A stretch of 64,000 nt of DNA, from assembly GCA_051942205.1 (NCBI GenBank), contig JAVECO010000020.1:1-64000 (forward strand), in the 5' to 3' direction. The translations under genes were made by a program, and so were the position numbers. The notes beneath the pieces are model-generated. The model had not been told where the DNA came from and ran no database searches. It was given only the letters and a program-made list of their open reading frames with translations. Positions 48,401 to 59,452 of the stretch are shown here, piece after piece (within the stretch, counting starts at the first letter, position 1; every line of letters starts with the position of its first letter). The stretch is from Coniocarpon cinnabarinum. Taxonomy: Eukaryota.

Positions 48401-51400
48401 ATCCTGAAAACAAGTAGCAAGCAAATTCCGGATCCTGGTGATGCGCTAGCAGTTCATTGGAGATGCCGAAATGGGCTTGCTTGTTCACTGCGGTTGTCTT
48501 GTCGGAAATACCAATGTCAAAGCTCCGGAGGTTGGCAACGTTTTCGTGGCTCTCCTCAAATATGCGCAGTAAGCGGGCAGATTTCATCCGGATGGAGCTT
48601 TCCTCATGACCCATGGTGAAAAGAGCAGCTCCTACGAGTCTCCATTCTTGGACTTGAGGGCCCTCGGTCTGACTGTATACGTCTAAGAGCACATCGAGAT
48701 AGGTCTCAATTGTGGCACTTTTTTCTAAGCCAAATAGTTTCGTCATAATAGACTCCGCAATTGCAGGATATTGCATATTGTGCGATATGAGGTTGACTAG
48801 CGCTTTCTTCCCAGTTGCTTGTGGCTTATCGCCTTGCAAGCCCAACAGCTTATCAGTCCACGCGAGCAGCCTAAGGACATTGAATTGTCCGTCAGGCTCA
48901 GGTTTAGCTGCTTGAAAAGGTCCTGCACACAGGGTCGCCATGGCACTTGAGGTAGCAGTCCTCAAACGCTCTGTTTCTAGCGCTGCTGCTCGATCGCTTT
49001 GAGCAATTGTCGGTCTACCACGAGGAGAATGCAGCCCGGCGATTGGCATCCTGCGGTCAGATGGCGTGACCTCGATGAACCATTCCTCAATTGCGATGAA
49101 GTGAGCTTTGCGCTTTGCAAAGGGCATCCATTTGCTCGGCTTAGAGGAGCGAAGTGTGGCAAGGTAAAAATTTTGAATCAGTCCACAATAATGCCTTCTT
49201 AGGCCGTTGGTCTCCGAAACCACACTGTCCTGCCTCAAATATTCGTAAAGGGACCACGTGAACTCAGAGAGATGCTGCATGATCCACTCGTCTTGGTGCA
49301 GTTCATTCTCAAGCAGAAAGCGCGACGTGCGCTCATACACGTTGACCAGCTCTTGTCGAAACACTGGGTGGCTGTCAAGCCGTCGAGGGCTGCTCGCAGA
49401 TCGAGAATGCATATAATGACCCCGGAAGTCATTAGGTAGGGACCGAGACTGCATATCAAAACATTGCAGAAGGAGAAGGTACAGGTTTGGGTTAATGCAG
49501 CTCAGACCAGTGACTGCGGCCTGCCTTAAATCGTAGCTTTCGTGATACACCATTGGCACTATCTTACTGAATAAGTTCTGTGCCGTATCAAAGCTGTCCT
49601 GGCCGCCAGCGGAAGACCGGGAGCTTTTTCGTACATGTGCATTGTCCAGCGAGGTTGACGACGCCGAACTCTCCTGCTTTTGGATGGTAGACGCAGCAAA
49701 AATCAAGTAGAGTTTGTACTGCTCAGTCAGAACTTGCGATGACTGTGTTGGTAAGCGATTCGTAGCACGGCTTGAAGTTGTGTCCAGGGATCCGGCCGTA
49801 GGCGCACGGGGTCGCTCCTCTGCAGGGCCCTCGACTTGAGCTTGTATATGGCCAAGTCTGCCGCAAACGTCCTCTCTTGTCTGAACCACCACCGTCGGAC
49901 ATATTTCGAAACAAATTTGAACGAAGCTTGGAAATATCTTGTACCACAGAACGGCATCCTCAGGTATGTTGCTGCCACACAGTTGCACAAACGCGCTTCC
50001 CAAATTGTTGGCCTGCATGTTCTTCTCAAGTTTTGCCTTTTCCAGGCTCGAAAAATCGTTTCCCCGGCTGTCAACGGCTTGTAGAAACAGCGTGCTGGAT
50101 GTGCCAGTCAACACGCCGTAAACTCTTGCGACAGATCCACCGAGGGCTTCGTCAAGCCGCGTGACGATGCTCAGTATCTCAACCGCAAACGCACGAACCC
50201 GGCTCGATGGCGAGCAGAGTAGGAAAAGACCCCTTGATTCAATGTGGTCAACGTGCGTCATACTGTTGGACGCGTTCAGCTTCACAGCATCAACCGCATG
50301 ATCTTTGCTTTGGTGAAGAAGTTCCTGTTCCCAAATAGACAGGAGCTCGACCCACAGACTCAATGTGCTCTCAATATGAGATGGCCCAAGCAGTCCTCCA
50401 TCAGCGATGGTCGAATATTTATTGTCGTATCGGAAAATGAAGAATGAGAAACGCGAGACTATAAAGTCGGCGAAACCTTGTCGCGCGATCGATTTCAAAG
50501 AAATCGCAGACGACGCAGCTATGTTCTTTTCGGTATGTGCTGTGCCAGTGCAGAGCAGGTCCACCACACTTTTGATCGGAGTGTCGTGCGAAAGACAGCG
50601 CGGAATTGCTTGAACGGCTGTGTGCAGGAGGTCCAAATAGCCAAATTTGCCAGTTCGTTCGGCCTGGTGCTCATCGTCGTCACGGCGGGCAAACGCCCAT
50701 GAATCGACAAAGGTTGGCGCTCGACTGATGTTTGGCGAAGCGACTTTCTCATCTATCGAAACTTGGCCGCCGAATTGATCATCACAGACTCTCAAGATGT
50801 TGCTTAGGAGTTTGCAAAATTTCATGTAACTATCCCGAAGTCCTGCAGGTAACTGCTGTGTTGCAACTTTCTCACTCCCGACATGCGGCGCTTTCCGAGG
50901 CTGCGGCCAGACAACATGTGCTGCCTGAGGATGCGAAACATGAGCGGCGGAGTTGAGCGCAGGTACGGAATCTTCATCATCCGGAAAGTTAGTGGGGAAA
51001 GCCAGGCGTTGTCCGCTTTCGATGTCAGCGATGACGGCCAGAAACGCTCTGATGCCAAGAATGATCCGATCTGGGTCAAGAGACTGATAGGTCAAATCAC
51101 GAGATGAGGGTCCCAGGAGTAAATCATTTTGCGCCAACGGGAAGATGATACTTCGAAACGCATATTGAGCGTCAAACTGTGCTACAGAACGCACAAATTG
51201 TATAAGCGGCTCGGTGATGAAGGCATCTTTCGATAAGGTATACTTGCGTGAGAAGAATATTGTCTTGACTACCTCTTCAAATGTGCCGCGACAAGTTGAG
51301 TCCAGATCTGCGCTTTTGCGTAAATAAGTCCAGGCAAGTCGGCAAGCGCCTTTGAGAACAGGACCACGGTGTCGATGCTCACGGAGCCTCGTGCTGAGCG

Positions 51401-52988
51401 TACTCGGCAATGATTGCCATCTCAGAGCAAACATGTCTTTGGGCGAGACGCAAGCCAGCGCCACAAGAGCGGGATACGCTGAGTCTCGATATTTGGGCTT
51501 AGATGTCATTTTGTTCAGCCTGTCCTGCAGTGTCGCGACGGTCCGCCTCCACTTGACGTCCTCGAGGTCAGCGTTGACATCTCTGGCAAGACGCAAGAGG
51601 AGAGGTTCCAAAGTCCGACAGAATTGAATCTTGAGATCTTCACCGTGAGCGTCGCCAAACAAAGCAGTGAAATCGCCCATGCAGCTTGCATACTCAATGA
51701 AATACTTTGGGTCATCTCCTCGAGGTCGCAGTTTGCGCATACCTTTCAGCATGATCCTGGCTTTAGACAGAGTGTCAAAGTCGGGGTTGCTTCTTTCGTT
51801 TAAGCTTCGCTGACATTGACGCAGAACGCTGAGATAGCGGCCACAAACGTTTCCAAAATCGATGCGACTCAACATACCCAGCAAATCCGTTGCTTTCTCC
51901 CATTTCGCCTTCTGCAATGGAGATTTGTGCATTTCACTGCTGGTGGTGCGGTTGACGTTGTATTCAAATACATGCTCACCGAGCTGTACGGCGACCCGGG
52001 CTGTCAATGCAGAGAGAGTTGTTTGAGTGATGATCTCGGTGATCGCTCTGCACATCATATACGTAGCAGCCGAGGCGCGTCGGTCGCTCATAGCCACATC
52101 CGGTCGACTCATCGGAGTAGGTGCCAATGGGGTGTCAGGAGTTGCGCGCGGCATTTCTTCACCATTCTGGCTCTCGGAAGTTGATGCGCTTGCAGCCATG
52201 GTGCGATCTGCGACTTTGTCATGGGCGATCTTCCAATTGATTATTTTATTCACCATGGGCTCTGGATGAGAACGTGCAATGTGGCCCATGGCCGACAACA
52301 GCTTGTCAAAATCTGTATCGACTCCTGCACCGCAGACATCTTCGATGTAGTCAGCAATGCGATTCTTTGCCACGGACGATGAGACACTATCGATTTTGCG
52401 ATCAGCATCTTTCACAAAAGAGGCAAACAGATGCTCCAGCGCAAAGTCTGCCAACGTGTCACCAGAAGTGGCGATGGCGGGAACCGCGGCCGCGGATTCA
52501 TTTCGAGCCCGACTTGGCTGGCGCGACTGGCCAGGACGATATGCAGGAGGTTGATGCACCGGAAGAGGCGACGTAGAATGTTCTTTGCGGGACGTGCTTG
52601 CGCTTAGGTTTGCAGGAGGCGATGGGCTAGGGCTGAATTGAGAAGTCGATGGAGTTGGTGGTGATAGCGCGGCATCGGTATGGAGGGCGCGCAAGCGTGG
52701 TGAGTCGATGTGCCCGTTCGAGAATCCCGAGTCCTGAGTGTGTGCAGACGACTTTGAGGTCGCCGTGGAATTCTGTCGACTATGGTTTTGAGGATGGAGG
52801 GGATTGCGGGGGAAAGACTTTTGGAGGGTAGAGGGCGACATGGGTTGCGCGGCGTCATTGCTGGATGTATCGATGCGACCAAGCTGCGTCTGCAAGCTGC
52901 GCTGTCGTTGTGCGAAGGATTTTGCGCCCGCCGTATGACCTCGTCCGCGCTTGACCTCGGCACGGTCATGCTCTGTGACGCCGATCAT
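45480..52988 (-). CDS. TAO3: Cell morphogenesis scaffold TAO3/PAG1/Mor2 (Furry family)
   Basis: 2502-aa HEAT-rich ORF with CGAGVD..FDKLLSAMGHIA, DLLHTAVQAIPRCL, LWDHHSQIVQEQAREMLVHL and WALQCPVRHIACRSLQIYR. The 5' end may include upstream exons. Confidence 0.93.
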   Translation of the reverse strand: MIGVTEHDRAEVKRGRGHTAGAKSFAQRQRSLQTQLGRIDTSSNDAAQPMSPSTLQKSFPRNPLHPQNHSRQNSTATSKSSAHTQDSGFSNGHIDSPRLRALHTDAALSPPTPSTSQFSPSPSPPANLSASTSRKEHSTSPLPVHQPPAYRPGQSRQPSRARNESAAAVPAIATSGDTLADFALEHLFASFVKDADRKIDSVSSSVAKNRIADYIEDVCGAGVDTDFDKLLSAMGHIARSHPEPMVNKIINWKIAHDKVADRTMAASASTSESQNGEEMPRATPDTPLAPTPMSRPDVAMSDRRASAATYMMCRAITEIITQTTLSALTARVAVQLGEHVFEYNVNRTTSSEMHKSPLQKAKWEKATDLLGMLSRIDFGNVCGRYLSVLRQCQRSLNERSNPDFDTLSKARIMLKGMRKLRPRGDDPKYFIEYASCMGDFTALFGDAHGEDLKIQFCRTLEPLLLRLARDVNADLEDVKWRRTVATLQDRLNKMTSKPKYRDSAYPALVALACVSPKDMFALRWQSLPSTLSTRLREHRHRGPVLKGACRLAWTYLRKSADLDSTCRGTFEEVVKTIFFSRKYTLSKDAFITEPLIQFVRSVAQFDAQYAFRSIIFPLAQNDLLLGPSSRDLTYQSLDPDRIILGIRAFLAVIADIESGQRLAFPTNFPDDEDSVPALNSAAHVSHPQAAHVVWPQPRKAPHVGSEKVATQQLPAGLRDSYMKFCKLLSNILRVCDDQFGGQVSIDEKVASPNISRAPTFVDSWAFARRDDDEHQAERTGKFGYLDLLHTAVQAIPRCLSHDTPIKSVVDLLCTGTAHTEKNIAASSAISLKSIARQGFADFIVSRFSFFIFRYDNKYSTIADGGLLGPSHIESTLSLWVELLSIWEQELLHQSKDHAVDAVKLNASNSMTHVDHIESRGLFLLCSPSSRVRAFAVEILSIVTRLDEALGGSVARVYGVLTGTSSTLFLQAVDSRGNDFSSLEKAKLEKNMQANNLGSAFVQLCGSNIPEDAVLWYKIFPSFVQICFEICPTVVVQTREDVCGRLGHIQAQVEGPAEERPRAPTAGSLDTTSSRATNRLPTQSSQVLTEQYKLYLIFAASTIQKQESSASSTSLDNAHVRKSSRSSAGGQDSFDTAQNLFSKIVPMVYHESYDLRQAAVTGLSCINPNLYLLLLQCFDMQSRSLPNDFRGHYMHSRSASSPRRLDSHPVFRQELVNVYERTSRFLLENELHQDEWIMQHLSEFTWSLYEYLRQDSVVSETNGLRRHYCGLIQNFYLATLRSSKPSKWMPFAKRKAHFIAIEEWFIEVTPSDRRMPIAGLHSPRGRPTIAQSDRAAALETERLRTATSSAMATLCAGPFQAAKPEPDGQFNVLRLLAWTDKLLGLQGDKPQATGKKALVNLISHNMQYPAIAESIMTKLFGLEKSATIETYLDVLLDVYSQTEGPQVQEWRLVGAALFTMGHEESSIRMKSARLLRIFEESHENVANLRSFDIGISDKTTAVNKQAHFGISNELLAHHQDPEFACYLFSGYAEHFVHLPPESQRTMILVLLPWLRIIRLSKDSPSSYSGPTYMVLLNLIYITIHCVNSLQNEMRALWQALVLESSSGNARCILDFLIDLSLERRDQRYLRTAKQIVVFLATAPSDSAGAVIDFFLRRIEPKSMNPAAPATPIQKPESARDYPFVVDLSQVFPESAPSMRLSMGQLSLILLVDLVISDTSVSAGKLPELLQIILVLWDHHSQIVQEQAREMLVHLVHVFVISKADGDRVRGRAPSIEELVELIRRQDSKVGWAYNDNSDPEVPDEPPPAMIYVISEALSLFSETAPDIREELGQRALDWALQCPVRHIACRSLQIYRLVLRPVTQFHLSDIIMRCSSTIADQAPEYQCYAVDVLRTIHAIVRVEPPESQLLPSTFWATCASLETVHEWEYAEALSILEDLLEKLHLGDERTRAMLMSNKPTGWECNILTSFVPALYRGCSSRVNRTKSVEIINRAMRIGCQPAFSDLTCLKLGILANLPQILHSYDDPASFDPGVTTAISLRDCCEMAGRSSLAVLFHGFVAAKPSQSTFVANCSSAMGQDLFRVLDYDSVEFLMRLLLNPERWIRYWTLQLAQHLLPRIDIHDAKLKARGLDLFSPVVRLLATEFSRDALKVLDEVLPLTGISKDLRQLRVAHANHDPAQQGLKPPSEVGILYGAPTQTGWTILDPVTHNKRPRARISAVATNLLEKSEVPSRPSTLTPEVELQKEEILQDSYFPENAIHEISFDVPDPAQDVMNISELTAQLDDLDDFFEDNSSETAVDLENPMRSVSRSTPKTRPLALHQSRPSANDYTRLRSHHKLESSSSYTPDFRNASVNVSPALPPQAFPQPAAPPMSPSAFASPPMPEPKPVARPGMPARAFTMPVSNLQIPPSDRPIPKASPNVEPLSDDDLVGGRHPVDRTDSGTASRSPTPQKPFSSLRNSIKRLTSAGERHRRTNTKAYAGASPQVPPVPNEYLNPPLSSDI

Positions 52989-53386
52989 TACACCTCCTCT
53001 CTCAATAATGGTCAGGTGTGTTCAGGTATCTGTGAGGAGCAAGATGTCAGCACGTTTTGCATTTCACTGAGGAGGCATCGAGAAAATCCACCACACCGTG
53101 CCAATGCACTGGAGGGATTCTGGGGCTTGTGTGGATGGGACAGACGTACGGGGTTTGCAGGGTCTTTTAGGGGACTGCGCTCCATATCATCTATTGCAAT
53201 GGGTTGCAGAGGGGGCTAGAAGAACGCAATGGCGGCTGCGAGAAGCAATGAATCACGACTGACAGCATGCAAATACGAAGTAGAGCTGCAAAAGTTGTAG
53301 ATGCCGGCGGGATGGCGCGCGTCACGGTCGGGAAAGTCTGGTACCTGCGTTAGTCTGGGGAAGAGCACGTGACTGGCCCGCTTACC

Positions 53387-53994
53387 CGGCATATTGCTCC
53401 CATATACAAAAAAATGTTGGTAATTACTGATATATACATCGATATATTCGAAATTACTGTAATATACGTATACATATATGCCATTTATAGTAGTACATTT
53501 CAAAAATATCGATATAACTATTATATACATCTACTCACGTGCGATAATATTGGCCTAAGGCTTAAGGCATGTATATGGCTGTGCATATACGCTAAAGGTT
53601 ACGTGTAGCATACACGTGACCTATGCGAGCTCTCTACGTTAATGACACGTGACATTAGCTATGCGCACTAAAAAGTATCTTGACACCTTGCTTGATAATT
53701 AATACGCGAAAAGAGGTGTTACAATTTTATACTATGGCTCCTAGTACGTCACGTGAGTACGTGCGACTAGCGTGTACGACAGCGCGTTAGACGCGTGTTA
53801 ATACCTTAGATCTAAGGATGCAGTAGTGGCGCATAAATGCACGTGAGTAGATGTATACAATATTTATATCAATATTTCTGAAATGTACTATCATAACTGG
53901 CATATACGTATATGTATATTGCAGTAATTTCGAATATATCGATGTATATATCAGTAATTACCAACATGTTTTTGTATGTGGGAGCAATATGCCG
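53387..53994. mobile_element. Non-autonomous Mutator-like element (MITE), 608 bp
   Basis: ~156-bp terminal inverted repeats (53387-53542 / 53839-53994, CGGCATATTGCTCCCA...). Exact 10-bp target duplication CCCGCTTACC at 53377-53386 and 53995-54004. AT-rich, no transposase. Confidence 0.9.
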
Positions 53995-54688
53995 CCCGCT
54001 TACCTGCCGCTGGCGTCATTGACACTGCCAATATCTCACGTGATCTAATCCATCAGCCCTACGGAGTTAGTACCGCATCGTACGTGTCTCGAGCATCCCG
54101 CATATCGACGAAATCCACCTCGAGCACAATACCATTTGCAGTGGCTTTCGCGCTCCACGCGGCGCTTTCCAGGCGCCCCAACCCGCATGCTAGCCTTGAT
54201 CATCAACCAATTCACCAGCCATAGACCCCGGCAGCCGACACTGCATGCTGACGGAACGTCGATCTTCCGCGTCCCAACTTGCTAGGTATAATCGCCCGGC
54301 CGCGATTCACGTGCGCCGATTATTTTTCTCTCGCCGGCTGATCCTCAGGTGCAGCACCATATCCACCCTCTTCTTCCTGGATCTCTTCTCACTAACCGGC
54401 CTTACGCTGCTCCCAACCGCTAAATATAATCCTTCCATCGCTTGTGCTTGGATCTTTCGTTGAAGCACCATATCGCTTGCATGCAGCGCCTTCCAGCCCA
54501 TATCTCCCGTGGTCTTCGCCGAAGTTGCCAGCTTCGATCTTCGTAGCATCTGAAGTGCAATTTCTCCGCTACTGAGAATTGATAGATCAGCTCTCTTGAC
54601 ACCATTCGACAGTGCAATTGCGTCAGATCTCCACGACGACCATCGCCGGCCGTTTTTCTCTTGGCCTCACTACTCACAGCCGCCCATC

Positions 54689-56832
54689 ATGGCGCAGCTG
54701 GACACGCTCGATCTTATCGTCTTGGTCTTGCTACTCGTTGGTAGCGTCGCATATTTCACAAAAGGTACATATTGGGCAGTACAGAAGGATCCCTATGCCA
54801 GTGCCTATGGCAATGCCAACGGCGCCGCTAAAGCGCCGGGCGCGCGCGACATTTTACAGAAAATGGAGGAGTCTGGAAAGAATTGCGTCATGTTCTACGG
54901 CTCCCAAACCGGCACCGCGGAAGACTATGCATCACGATTAGCGAAGGAAGGCTCGTCCCGCTTTGGATTGAAGACTATGACAGCGGATCTTGAAGAGTAC
55001 GATTTCGAGAATCTAGATGCATTCCCTGAAGATTACATTGCCTTCTTCGTCATGGCGACCTATGGCGAAGGCGAGCCCACGGACAACGCTGTCGATTTCT
55101 TCGAGTTCATTGGCAATGAGGACTCAACATTCAGCAAAGGTGCTTCTGCCGGTGAGCAACCACTCTCAAACTTAAAATACGTCACTTTCGGCTTGGGTAA
55201 CAACACATATGAACACTACAATTCGATGGTTCGGAAAACAGATCAATTTCTCACAAAACTCGGCGGCACGCGCATATCAGTCGCTGGAGAAGGCGATGAT
55301 GGAGCTGGCACCATGGAAGAGGACTTCCTGGCGTGGAAGGAGCCCATGTGGGAAGCCCTTGCGCAAGCAATGCAGCTTCAAGAGCGGGAGGCTGTCTATG
55401 AGCCTGTTTTCGAGGTTCGAGAGAAGCCAGACATGGATGCAGAGAGCGATCTAGTGTATCTCGGTGAGCCTAACAAGAATCATCTTGAAGGAACATCGAA
55501 AGGCCCTTACAATGCCGGCAACCCCTATATTGCGCCCATCGCAGAGTCGCGAGAGCTCTTCAATGAAAAAACGCGAAATTGTCTTCACTGCGAAATTGAT
55601 ATCAGCGGTACCAATCTAAGCTACACAACCGGTGATCATGTTGCAGTGTGGCCGACGAATGCCGGTAAGGAGGTCGATCGGCTACTTGAAGTCCTTGGAA
55701 TGTCCGAGAGACGTCACATGGTTATCAGTGTGAAGGGCGTAGATGCTACGGCCAAGATACCATTCCCCTCTCCCACCACATACGATGCTGTGCTTCGATA
55801 TCATATGGAGATCTGTGCACCGGTGTCGCGCCAATTTGTATCAACACTCGCGCAATTCGCGCCAAGTGAAGAGCTCAAGAAGGAAATATCTACAGTTGGT
55901 AACGACAAGGACCTGTTTCAAGAGCAGGTGTCCAACAGAAATTTGAACTTGGCTCAGTTTCTACAGCTCACTGGCCGTGGGCAGCCCTGGACTTCAATAC
56001 CATTTTCACTACTCATTGAGGGGCTCAACAAGCTACAGCCAAGATACTACTCCATATCCTCTTCCTCTCTTGTCCAGAAGGACAAGATCTCTATTACCGC
56101 TGTTGTGGAGTCGGTCCAAAAGGAAGGTGCGCCTTTCGTGGTCAAAGGAGTTACCACGAACTATCTGCTAGCCCTCAAACAACGTCACCACGGCGACCCG
56201 AGTCCAGATCCGAACGGTCTAGACTACGCGATCAACGGACCACGTAACAAATGGAATGGTGTGCATGTCCCGGTCCACGTACGTCACTCCAACTTTAAGC
56301 TGCCGTCCAATCCAGCAACTCCGGTCATCATGGTTGGTCCCGGGACTGGCGTCGCGCCGTTTCGTGGTTTTGTACAAGAACGTGCGGCACTCGCCAGAAA
56401 AGGGGAACAGGTTGGGAAGACGATGCTCTTCTTTGGATGCCGCAATCGACATGATGATTTCCTGTACGACAAGGAGTGGGAGGTAGGTGTCGCGTTCGAC
56501 GCTGATTTTACGGGCATGAGGCTGACTCGACTTAGACGTTCAAAACTGACCTCGGCGATAAGTTTGAGCTCGTCACTGCTTTCTCGCGAGAAGGCTCGCA
56601 AAAGGTATACGTACAGCATCGAATGAAAGAGAAGGCGGCAGAGGTGAACCAGATGCTGCAACAAAAGGCCTACTTCTACGTCTGTGGGGACGCTGCTAAC
56701 ATGGCCCGCGAAGTCAACGCCATCCTGGCTCAGATCATTGCAGCTGAGCGCAAGGTGCCAGAAGCCAAAGGTGAGGACATTGTGAAGCAAATGAGAAGCT
56801 CGAATACCTATCAAGAGGACGTGTGGTCATAG
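54689..56832 (+). CDS. cprA: NADPH-cytochrome P450 reductase
   Basis: N-terminal TM, FYGSQTGTAE, ATYGEGEPTDNA, FGLGN, PRYYSISSS, MVGPGTGVAPFRGF and C-terminal YQEDVWS. Intron at ~56483-56535. Confidence 0.97.
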
Positions 56833-59452
56833 GGGTCTATTGCATCTAAGATATTAATGACGTTGATAAATGATTCCGCATCGAAAGCATGGCGTTGGGC
56901 AAATCAACGTCGCTGCGAGACATCAAGCAAGCTACGCAAACCGCCATAGGTGCATTTCACATAGAGGGGTTGATATTGATGCATGTCCCAAAGTACATAT
57001 ACACATGATTTAGCCAGATTGCACATGGATAACTGGGTAGAATATGCCTTTTGTCATTCCACTGGCGGCGAGGCCGATGGTGAGACTGCTGTGAATTTCC
57101 AGTGACGTGATTGGCACAGCTTGCAACGTAAGGTCACGTGCTCGCGCTGTTGGAAGAGACGACGGAATCACTGATGCACAGATGCACAGATGCTTCGTGT
57201 ACGAGCACATCGAGCTTCTCACGTCCCTCAACGAGCGGGCGCAAGTGAAGCGCTTGCAAGATGCTATAATCAGCGTCATTGCAGTCGTGAGGTCGGCACG
57301 CCATTGTATGTGAATTCAAAAGCCCTCGCCGCCTCGCAGAATGCATGGCACAATTATACCTGGACTCTCGACGGAGGCCGTTGATGCAGAGCACATTCCA
57401 GGCTACGCACAAGGCGGCACAGGTGCCTGCGTGCGCCACCACTATCGTCGCACAAAGCTGTCAACGATTGGCTATCTGTGGCCCTGCAGCGCCCCGGGTT
57501 GAACGAAAAGTTTGGTCGCCACTTGCTCTCACGCAATGTTGTGAGCATACACAATCCCCAGCCATGCTACCCACGCTCGTCATCCCATCCATGAGGCATG
57601 TTGCGGTGCCTGTATCGCCTTGCTGGTGGTCTTAGTCGTTGTTGCGCCATGAATGCGTTGATGGATTCGGTAGTACATCAGCTGCAGAAATGTACGGTAA
57701 TCATGACGCAGGCTTTCAGGAAATGCAAAATGGGAAACACTACCACGGCACACCCTGCAAGACATCCATGCAATGACCAATGGGCTTAGCATGGATCTAT
57801 CGGACGTGGGAGAAACTTTCCCTTCTGCAGAGCGCCGTCGTCGTCGATGCTGCGGACAAATGGCTGGCGGCAGGCGTTGGATCAGTGACAGATCTTTGAA
57901 GGTGCTGCACAATTAGTACACATAAACACTTCCTTTGCTAATCACCATGCAGCCCTGTCCTCAACTTCAATGGTCGGCTCGTCTTTCGCTGCGATTTGAT
58001 TTGGCTACGGGCTGTGGCGAGGGCCTTTCTTCTCATTTCTGGTAGAGCTTACAAGGATGTGCGCGCGGTTCGAGATGACAGCCACCGGGAGGCAACGCCA
58101 TGGAGCTGTTGCACAAACGCCAGAAGATGGAGACGAAGGAGATGGTTGTGGCTCCTCAGGACGCGACGAGGCAGTTCACGTGTCTCCGCCCTTGGAGACC
58201 GCGCGCCGTCTCCTCCGGTTCACCTATCGTCTTCCATCTCCCTCTTCCTCCTCCCCATCCACGCCCGCGTTCCGCTCACCTTCTGCCGACCTCATCTGTC
58301 TGTTCGGTGCCCACTTCCATGGGTGGAGGCCTCTTCTCACCGCATCTGTAGCATTAGTCACCGCCCTCTGCATTTGTCCTCTTTGAAATGTTGTGACAGC
58401 GCAACGGACGTCTGATCCCACAGTAGCTCCCTGAAAGCGGTTCAGCAGGGAAGGCCTTTCCCGCGCAGGCACTGGCACTCTGCTTGCGAGCCCATCTTCG
58501 CCGCGTGATTGTGCGTGAGCAGGCTTTTGGCACCCGCAATCCGCCCAAAAGGAGTTTCGAGGGACGGGGTCATTGGTGGCAAAGGGGGAAGCTCGCACCT
58601 TCCTCGACAGTGACCACAACAACGTCACCTCCCTCCGCCATCCATAGCACCTCACCTGCACTCTCCAGGTCCTTCGCCAGCCCAGGCAAGCAACCCATCT
58701 TGGCAGTGCCATCTGGGGAAAGCAGAGCGGGTGAGCTCCATCCTTCCTCCCCTTCAGCACGCTTCGACTTCGACTCACCTTTTCTTCCTCCCCCCGAGCT
58801 TCTTTCTCTTCCTCTCTCTCTCTTCCCCCCTCCACCCTTGTCTGTCAATCTCCGAGACCACCCTCCTCCCCATCAAGCGGTACATCGCCTCTACTCTCTT
58901 CCTTTCGCTGCATCCTCTTCCTCCAACCGGATACTCATTCATCGTAGCCTTTGCTTCATCCCCAGCAAGTTGCAGCCTTTCCATCATCTCTGTCTCGGCC
59001 CTCCAGCGTTGAGCTCTTCCGTGGACAATCTCTCATCCGGTGAGTTGCCGTCTCATCCATTTCCCCAAGTGCCTGTCTGCCTGTCGGACTACGTGCAGAG
59101 GAGGCGTCGTGGTCAATTTGCAGAGCAATCTTGGGGAAACGATTGGTGACGATCACATGCTTAGCGAGCCTCCCAGCTAATCTGCTTTCTCACTCTCAGG
59201 TCGAATTCGAAAACACGCTCTTTTGCCTTCCACCTCTCGGCTTCCCCACTACTTTCTGACCCCACTTTCAACCAAGGTGAGGATTTGGCATGCAACACCA
59301 TCCACCATCCGCCTGCCCACCGCCCCATTCCTCCACCGTCGTCTCGTGATCCCTGCCCATGTCACTCGCGCTCTCGTGTGCGAATCTCGTCCCCGCAATC
59401 GATGAGTGAATCCTTGCAAGCCTGTGTCTGACGGACGAGCAGGTCGTTGTCT

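Noticed and set aside
53216..54048. Mirror-image short ORFs (MYIIVISIFLKC / MYTIFISIFLKC)
   Set aside because: Artefacts of the MITE terminal inverted repeats.
57996..59156. Overlapping 100-220 aa ORFs upstream of the RRM gene
   Set aside because: They are products of CT/GA-rich low-complexity leader sequence, with no domain signal.
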